From the human T2T-CHM13v2.0 reference genome, Homo sapiens, in assembly GCF_009914755.1 (NCBI RefSeq), contig NC_060930.1: a DNA stretch of 64,000 nucleotides; one strand, given 5' to 3'. Shown here piece after piece: positions 56,794-64,000 of the stretch (position 1 is its first letter; every line of letters starts with the position of its first letter). Made by a program: the position numbers and the translations under genes. The notes beneath the pieces are model-generated. The model was not told the origin of the DNA, ran no database searches, and worked only from the letters and a program-made list of their open reading frames with translations.

Positions 56794-58589
56794 ATGAGCA
56801 CTGAAAGCATGATCCGGGACGTGGAGCTGGCCGAGGAGGCGCTCCCCAAGAAGACAGGGGGGCCCCAGGGCTCCAGGCGGTGCTTGTTCCTCAGCCTCTT
56901 CTCCTTCCTGATCGTGGCAGGCGCCACCACGCTCTTCTGCCTGCTGCACTTTGGAGTGATCGGCCCCCAGAGGGAAGAGGTGAGTGCCTGGCCAGCCTTC
57001 ATCCACTCTCCCACCCAAGGGGAAATGGAGACGCAAGAGAGGGAGAGAGATGGGATGGGTGAAAGATGTGCGCTGATAGGGAGGGATGGAGAGAAAAAAA
57101 CGTGGAGAAAGACGGGGATGCAGAAAGAGATGTGGCAAGAGATGGGGAAGAGAGAGAGAGAAAGATGGAGAGACAGGATGTCTGGCACATGGAAGGTGCT
57201 CACTAAGTGTGTATGGAGTGAATGAATGAATGAATGAATGAACAAGCAGATATATAAATAAGATATGGAGACAGATGTGGGGTGTGAGAAGAGAGATGGG
57301 GGAAGAAACAAGTGATATGAATAAAGATGGTGAGACAGAAAGAGCGGGAAATATGACAGCTAAGGAGAGAGATGGGGGAGATAAGGAGAGAAGAAGATAG
57401 GGTGTCTGGCACACAGAAGACACTCAGGGAAAGAGCTGTTGAATGCCTGGAAGGTGAATACACAGATGAATGGAGAGAGAAAACCAGACACCTCAGGGCT
57501 AAGAGCGCAGGCCAGACAGGCAGCCAGCTGTTCCTCCTTTAAGGGTGACTCCCTCGATGTTAACCATTCTCCTTCTCCCCAACAGTTCCCCAGGGACCTC
57601 TCTCTAATCAGCCCTCTGGCCCAGGCAGTCAGTAAGTGTCTCCAAACCTCTTTCCTAATTCTGGGTTTGGGTTTGGGGGTAGGGTTAGTACCGGTATGGA
57701 AGCAGTGGGGGAAATTTAAAGTTTTGGTCTTGGGGGAGGATGGATGGAGGTGAAAGTAGGGGGGTATTTTCTAGGAAGTTTAAGGGTCTCAGCTTTTTCT
57801 TTTCTCTCTCCTCTTCAGGATCATCTTCTCGAACCCCGAGTGACAAGCCTGTAGCCCATGTTGTAGGTAAGAGCTCTGAGGATGTGTCTTGGAACTTGGA
57901 GGGCTAGGATTTGGGGATTGAAGCCCGGCTGATGGTAGGCAGAACTTGGAGACAATGTGAGAAGGACTCGCTGAGCTCAAGGGAAGGGTGGAGGAACAGC
58001 ACAGGCCTTAGTGGGATACTCAGAACGTCATGGCCAGGTGGGATGTGGGATGACAGACAGAGAGGACAGGAACCGGATGTGGGGTGGGCAGAGCTCGAGG
58101 GCCAGGATGTGGAGAGTGAACCGACATGGCCACACTGACTCTCCTCTCCCTCTCTCCCTCCCTCCAGCAAACCCTCAAGCTGAGGGGCAGCTCCAGTGGC
58201 TGAACCGCCGGGCCAATGCCCTCCTGGCCAATGGCGTGGAGCTGAGAGATAACCAGCTGGTGGTGCCATCAGAGGGCCTGTACCTCATCTACTCCCAGGT
58301 CCTCTTCAAGGGCCAAGGCTGCCCCTCCACCCATGTGCTCCTCACCCACACCATCAGCCGCATCGCCGTCTCCTACCAGACCAAGGTCAACCTCCTCTCT
58401 GCCATCAAGAGCCCCTGCCAGAGGGAGACCCCAGAGGGGGCTGAGGCCAAGCCCTGGTATGAGCCCATCTATCTGGGAGGGGTCTTCCAGCTGGAGAAGG
58501 GTGACCGACTCAGCGCTGAGATCAATCGGCCCGACTATCTCGACTTTGCCGAGTCTGGGCAGGTCTACTTTGGGATCATTGCCCTGTGA
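56794..58589 (+). CDS. TNF: Tumor necrosis factor (TNF-alpha), 233 aa. Exons 56794-56979, 57586-57631, 57819-57866, 58168-58589
   Basis: [20 protein letters not shown]...TM helix...[33 protein letters not shown]...QVYFGIIAL*; exons total 702 nt; AATAAA 59365-59370. Confidence 0.99.
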
Positions 58590-58808
58590 GGAGGACGAAC
58601 ATCCAACCTTCCCAAACGCCTCCCCTGCCCCAATCCCTTTATTACCCCCTCCTTCAGACACCCTCAACCTCTTCTGGCTCAAAAAGAGAATTGGGGGCTT
58701 AGGGTCGGAACCCAAGCTTAGAACTTTAAGCAACAAGACCACCACTTCGAAACCTGGGATTCAGGAATGTGTGGCCTGCACAGTGAAGTGCTGGCAACCA
58801 CTAAGAAT

Positions 58809-58912
58809 TCAAACTGGGGCCTCCAGAACTCACTGGGGCCTACAGCTTTGATCCCTGACATCTGGAATCTGGAGACCAGGGAGCCTTTGGTTCTGGCCAG
58901 AATGCTGCAGGA
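58809..58912 (+). promoter_or_regulatory. TNF 3'UTR 2-APRE (PKR-activating RNA element), approximate ends
   Basis: TCAAACTGGGGCCTCCAGAACTCACTGGGGCCTACAGCTTTGA... recognised from memory; internal direct repeat ACTGGGGCCT(C/A)CAG. Confidence 0.6.
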
Positions 58913-59050
58913 CTTGAGAAGACCTCACCTAGAAATTGACACAAGTGGACCTTAGGCCTTCCTCTCTCCAGATGTTTCCAGACTTCCTTGAGACACGGAG
59001 CCCAGCCCTCCCCATGGAGCCAGCTCCCTCTATTTATGTTTGCACTTGTG

Positions 59051-59103
59051 ATTATTTATTATTTATTTATTATTTATTTATTTACAGATGAATGTATTTA
59101 TTT
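59051..59103 (+). promoter_or_regulatory. TNF class II AU-rich element (ARE)
   Basis: Overlapping TTATTTATT nonamers at 59051-59084 plus TATTTATTT ~59095. Confidence 0.95.
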
Positions 59104-59158
59104 GGGAGACCGGGGTATCCTGGGGGACCCAATGTAGGAGCTGCCTTGGCTCAGACAT

Positions 59159-59173
59159 GTTTTCCGTGAAAAC
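59159..59173 (+). promoter_or_regulatory. TNF constitutive decay element (Roquin CDE) stem-loop
   Basis: GTTTTC-CGT-GAAAAC: 6-bp stem with a pyrimidine-purine-pyrimidine triloop. Confidence 0.85.
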
Positions 59174-59607
59174 GGAGCTGAACAATAGGCTGTTCCCATG
59201 TAGCCCCCTGGCCTCTGTGCCTTCTTTTGATTATGTTTTTTAAAATATTTATCTGATTAAGTTGTCTAAACAATGCTGATTTGGTGACCAACTGTCACTC
59301 ATTGCTGAGCCTCTGCTCCCCAGGGGAGTTGTGTCTGTAATCGCCCTACTATTCAGTGGCGAGAAATAAAGTTTGCTTAGAAAAGAAACATGGTCTCCTT
59401 CTTGGAATTAATTCTGCATCTGCCTCTTCTTGTGGGTGGGAAGAAGCTCCCTAAGTCCTCTCTCCACAGGCTTTAAGATCCCTCGGACCCAGTCCCATCC
59501 TTAGACTCCTAGGGCCCTGGAGACCCTACATAAACAAAGCCCAACAGAATATTCCCCATCCCCCAGGAAACAAGAGCCTGAACCTAATTACCTCTCCCTC
59601 AGGGCAT

Positions 59608-59759
59608 GGGAATTTCCAACTCTGGGAATTCCAATCCTTGCTGGGAAAATCCTGCAGCTCAGGTGAGATTTCCGGCTGTTGCAGCTGGCCAGCAGTCCGG
59701 AGAGAGCTGGAGAGGAGCCGCATTCTCAGGTACCTGAATCACACAGCCAAGGGACTTCC
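59608..59759. promoter_or_regulatory. NF-kB site cluster 3' of TNF (downstream enhancer)
   Basis: GGGAATTTCC 59608-59617, GGGAATTCC 59624-59632, GGGAAAATCC 59643-59652, GGGACTTCC 59751-59759. Confidence 0.8.
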
Positions 59760-60040
59760 AGAGATTCGGGTGTCTAGGCTTCAAATCACCCTGTCCTAAC
59801 TCTGCAACCTGAACCAGCCACTTAACCTATCTATCCAATGGGGATAGGAATGTCCACCACACATAGGGCATGTGAGAGAAGGCCTGACCTCCATCAGAGG
59901 ACCTCACTCAGCCCTTGGCACAGTGGGCACTTAGTGAATTCTGGCTTCCTTCAACCAGTTTCCAGCTGTTCTATCCCCTTCCATTCTCTCAGTGGGTGAA
60001 ATCGAAGAGACTGAGGACAATAAAGAACAAGGAACCGAAC

Positions 60041-60630
<590 letters not shown>

Positions 60631-61760
60631 AATTCCAAAAACAAATATGGAGACGGAAATTGAGCCCCCCTAGACTGGGAGCCCCCACTGAGTTCGGAAA
60701 TTAGGCTTTACCTCCAGCCCTGGGGTGCCAGGCAGGAGAAAACCATGTGGTAGGCTGAGGGGGTAGGGTGACCCATTGGGGTGACCTAGATAGGGCCTTG
60801 GGTCACCCTCTGCCTCCTCCAGCCTGTGGCTGAAAGTCAGCCATGAAGTAATGGGGGACACTGTTACTCATCCCAGAAGCACCCACACTTACTCACTTTT
60901 GGGAAGGGGGACCTAAAGTGTGAAAAAAAGGTGAGGATTTTCCGTCTCACCCTAAATGGGACACCCTAAGTGGGGCATCGGTTTTTCCTCCTCCCCAGAA
61001 CTTCCTGGTGTTTTCAGGCACCACAGGCTCCTTCCTGCCATCCCCATCTCTCTCTAATATTCTCCCCTTCTTTCTCCTTCAGCCTCCTCCCTTCAGACCC
61101 CATGAGCCTTGAATTAAGCTCCTTGGAGGAGAAGAGTTGACTGTCGGGTAGGAGACAGAGAGGCCTTCAGGCAGCTCTAGGGGGAGAAGTGCGGGGCCCC
61201 TCCAGGCTTCATTCCTCTGTCATGATAGGGGCTTACTCTGCTGCTGGGCCTTTCTGAGTGGTGCTTGCTGGGCTCTGTAATGACCCCTCTCACTGTTGGG
61301 GGGTACCCAAGAGAAAAGAGTATGGTGCAGAGTCTGGTTGGGACCATGTGGCCCTGAAAATCAGGATGCCTAGAGAAGCTTCGGAGTTTGAGAAGTCCCC
61401 CTTCCTCCCACCCTCCAACTGGGCTAATGGTGGGGCCTGGCCATTCAGAGGCAGGGAGGGGGTGGGACAGGCAGACCATCATCCCTAGGAGCAAAGGCCA
61501 TACACTGTGTTGTGATGAATTGTTTCAAGCAACCAGAAGAGTACTGAGAATATTTAACCCGCACCCGTGCACCCACCCTGAATTAAGACGTGTGTCGCAA
61601 CTCAGCATCTTTATCGGCAGCACTGAAGCTTTCCATTCTTTATTTTCATCAGGTTCAAAATCAATTTCCAAACAGTCTCCTACATTTTTCCCACTGCCAT
61701 GGGGTCCTGGGCGTCCGGGCCCCCAATATTCACGCACTCGCACCACGCACTCATATTCCC

Positions 61761-63469
61761 TCACCCCACCATCACGGCCCCAAAGAAGGTCTTCCCTCTC
61801 GCGAAGTCCACCATATCGGGGTGACTGATGTTGACGTACACCCTCTCGCCCCTCCGGAGCTGCACCAGGCCGCCGAACCCCACGCTCGTGTACCAGAGAG
61901 GCCCGTACCCTTGTCTCCTGGCCGGGTCCAGCACTGGAGTCACCGTCTCGGCGCCCTCGAGCAGCAGCTCGGGAGTGCCCGGCCCGTAGGCGCCCCCCGC
62001 CCGGTACAGAGAGCTGCGCAGCGTGACCGAGCGGCCCTGGGGGTCCCCGCCGCCAGGGGGCGCCCGGCCCCGGTAGCCGACGAGACAGTAGAGGTAATAG
62101 AGGCCGTCCTGCGGGAGCGCCAGCCCCTCGGCGTCCGAGAACTGCGTCCCGCTCGTCAGAAACGCCTGTTCCTTCGTCGTCTCCCAGCCTAGCCCCTGCC
62201 CCTTCAGCGGAGCGCCTGCGGAGACACGGGCCGACGCGCTCTTGGGAATGCGATCCTAAAGGCTTGGGACTTCTGGGGAAGTGGCGGCTTTTAGCCCCTG
62301 CGGGAGCCGAGCCGGGCCGGGGGAGGAGGGATGGTGCTGTTTCTGGGATGAGTGCGAGTTGGGGGCCGAGGGAACACGGATGTGGGGTGCAGAACGCTGT
62401 AGTGGGGACCTCCAGGCCGGCTTTTGCTTGCACCGGAGGGAAGAAGAAACTACACTGCGGGGACGAGCGTAAGAGTGGGCACGAGCGACAAAAGGTCGTG
62501 AAGCGGGTGGGAAACCGAGCACTGGAATCATGGAGCCGAAGGACTCTGGGCGAGCAGAACTGGAACCTTCGGATTATTTACACTCTTATTCAGGTCTTGG
62601 AGGTCCTTACCTATGAGGTGGGCAGCTGGGAGCCCGGGGCTGAGATCTGTTTCTGGCTCCTCCTCTGGCAGCTTCTGAAACCCTGGAAGGGGCAAAGAGT
62701 CCACGATTGGGGGCAGGGCAGCCACCCATGCAGGCTACCCTTGAGAGAACAGGGCGCAGGGATGGGGAGCCTGGATTCCTAGAGGAAGAGGTATCTGGGG
62801 ACGCAGCAGGGAGCTGGGAGCCCCTGAGGGTCTGAAGCGGGGAAGGAGAGACAGTCTGCTCTTACCCAGTCCTTGCTGGGCCTGTGCCCCGGGGTCGGCC
62901 GTCTCCGTTACCTGGTTGGGTGGGGTCACAGTGCCCAGAGTTCAGATTCAGCTCATGTCACCCCTACCCCTCTGAAAGTGGACCCAAGCTGCAGGCCTGG
63001 GGTTTCTCCTACCAGCACCATCCCCAACACACACCTCCTTAGAAGGGAGAACAAGCAAGGCATAGGTACTTGGGCGGAGAAACAGATGTACCTCGGGAAG
63101 AGGAGAGGAGACACAAGGGGCTTATGTCGGGACACAAGCACAACATCACAGGAACATGGAAAGAGAGTCAGCAAAGAGACAAGACATCCCCACCAGGGAC
63201 AGCCGAGCCAGCTGAGCCAGAGGGGGCAAAAGACCACAGGCACAACCAGAGGGAGCCAAGCATCCGCAAGATACAACTCTCCACCAGGGCCTGTTGCAGC
63301 CACTCACCAGTCCTCCCTGATCCTGGGGCACTAAGGCCAGCACAGCCAGGACAGTGATAGGCACCGCCAGCAACAAGGTCACCAGAGAAGTGGCTCCTGC
63401 CACAGCTAGCAGGAGGGAACCCCTCCCCTGGAGCCTCCCACCCCTGCCCTCCAGCCCCAGTGCCCCCAT
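61761..63469 (-). CDS. LTB: Lymphotoxin-beta, 244 aa. Exons 63308-63469, 62866-62911, 62611-62682, 61761-62215
   Basis: MGALGLEGRGGRLQGRGSLLLAVAG...DQGGL|VTETADPGAQAQQGLG|FQKLPEEEPE...PAAHLIG|APLKGQGLGW...KTFFGAVMVG*; exons total 735 nt; minus-strand AATAAA at 61644-61639. Confidence 0.98.
62050..62063 (+). promoter_or_regulatory. CTCF motif inside LTB exon 4 (CpG island)
   Basis: CCGCCAGGGGGCGC, a near-perfect CTCF core. Confidence 0.75.
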
Positions 63470-63479
63470 TGAGACTGAA

Positions 63480-63620
63480 CCAGAGCCAGAGCAGGGGGCT
63501 TTCATACCTCAGGGACGGGCCCACCCCCTCCCTGTAGACCTGCACACCTGGCTGGGACTTTCCGCACACCCCTGCTCCCCTCACCCAGCTTCCTGTTTAC
63601 CCAGAGCTGGGGTGGGGCAG
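63480..63620 (-). promoter_or_regulatory. LTB: LTB proximal promoter
   Basis: Canonical kB GGGACTTTCC 63554-63563; ETS CTTCCTGT ~63589; upstream of ATG 63469. Confidence 0.75.
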
Positions 63621-64000
63621 CTGGATGCCTGGGTTCTCTGAACTGGGGAAGAAGTTGAGGTTAGGGAGACAGGCTCTCAGGGTGGAACCAAAGGGGTCTT
63701 TAGACATCTTCTGGCTCAGCAGAGAGAGAAACTGAGGCCCAGGGAGGGAAGGTAGCTTGCAGGAAGCCAGTCAGCAGAGCTGAAATGAGAACACAGATCT
63801 CCAGGTTTCCAATGTGGTTTGCATTCTTCTATACCCTCAAGGTAGGTGCTGGAGGAAGAGCTGATCCCGTCTCTGAGGTCAAGGGCCGGACTAGGACAAG
63901 GACTGGAATCTTGAGGGATGGATGTCTGGGTTCCCTGAGAAGAACTGATTCCCATACTGGGCTGACCTCCTCCCGTTCCCTTGCTCATCTCCAGCCCCCT

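Noticed and set aside
56673-57423. 212- and 225-aa minus-strand ORFs across TNF exon 1/intron 1
   Set aside because: Low-complexity S/L/P/H products of the CT-rich antisense strand.
61525-62433. 302-aa alternative-frame and 200-aa antisense ORFs over LTB exon 4
   Set aside because: Shadow ORFs of a very GC-rich coding exon.

Overview
Human genomic DNA from the telomeric end of the MHC class III region (6p21.33), recognised from exon-by-exon reconstruction of its genes. Order: nested L1/Alu/LTR/Tigger repeats containing a PPIA retrocopy (PPIAP9, -), an RPL15 retrocopy (RPL15P4, +), MCCD1 (+, 119 aa), DDX39B/BAT1/UAP56 (-, 428 aa) hosting the box C/D snoRNAs SNORD117 and SNORD84, a CpG-island promoter with probable DDX39B-AS1, ATP6V1G2 (-, 118 aa), NFKBIL1 (+, 381 aa), an Alu/L2-rich spacer with the TNFa/b microsatellite and candidate enhancers, then LTA (+, 205 aa), TNF (+, 233 aa) and LTB (-, 244 aa). 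All seven spliced CDSs reconstruct with GT-AG introns and no frameshift. The haplotype carries TNF -1031C/-863A, LTA Arg13, NFKBIL1 Cys224 and MCCD1 Lys42/Asn45. This is a very well studied locus and I see no convincing new protein-coding system; most ORF-track entries are Alu-derived or antisense shadows. The best leads are RNA-level: (1) a third, degenerate U83/U84-like C/D snoRNA in DDX39B intron 3; (2) a strong 5' splice site inside SNORD84; (3) a cryptic PTC-generating acceptor and C-rich tracts in DDX39B intron 6; (4) a 5' splice site on the ATP6V1G2 poly(A) site; (5) a PPIA retrocopy whose 165-aa frame is intact apart from one Alu. Repeat subfamily names and SNP identities are from memory, not from a database search.
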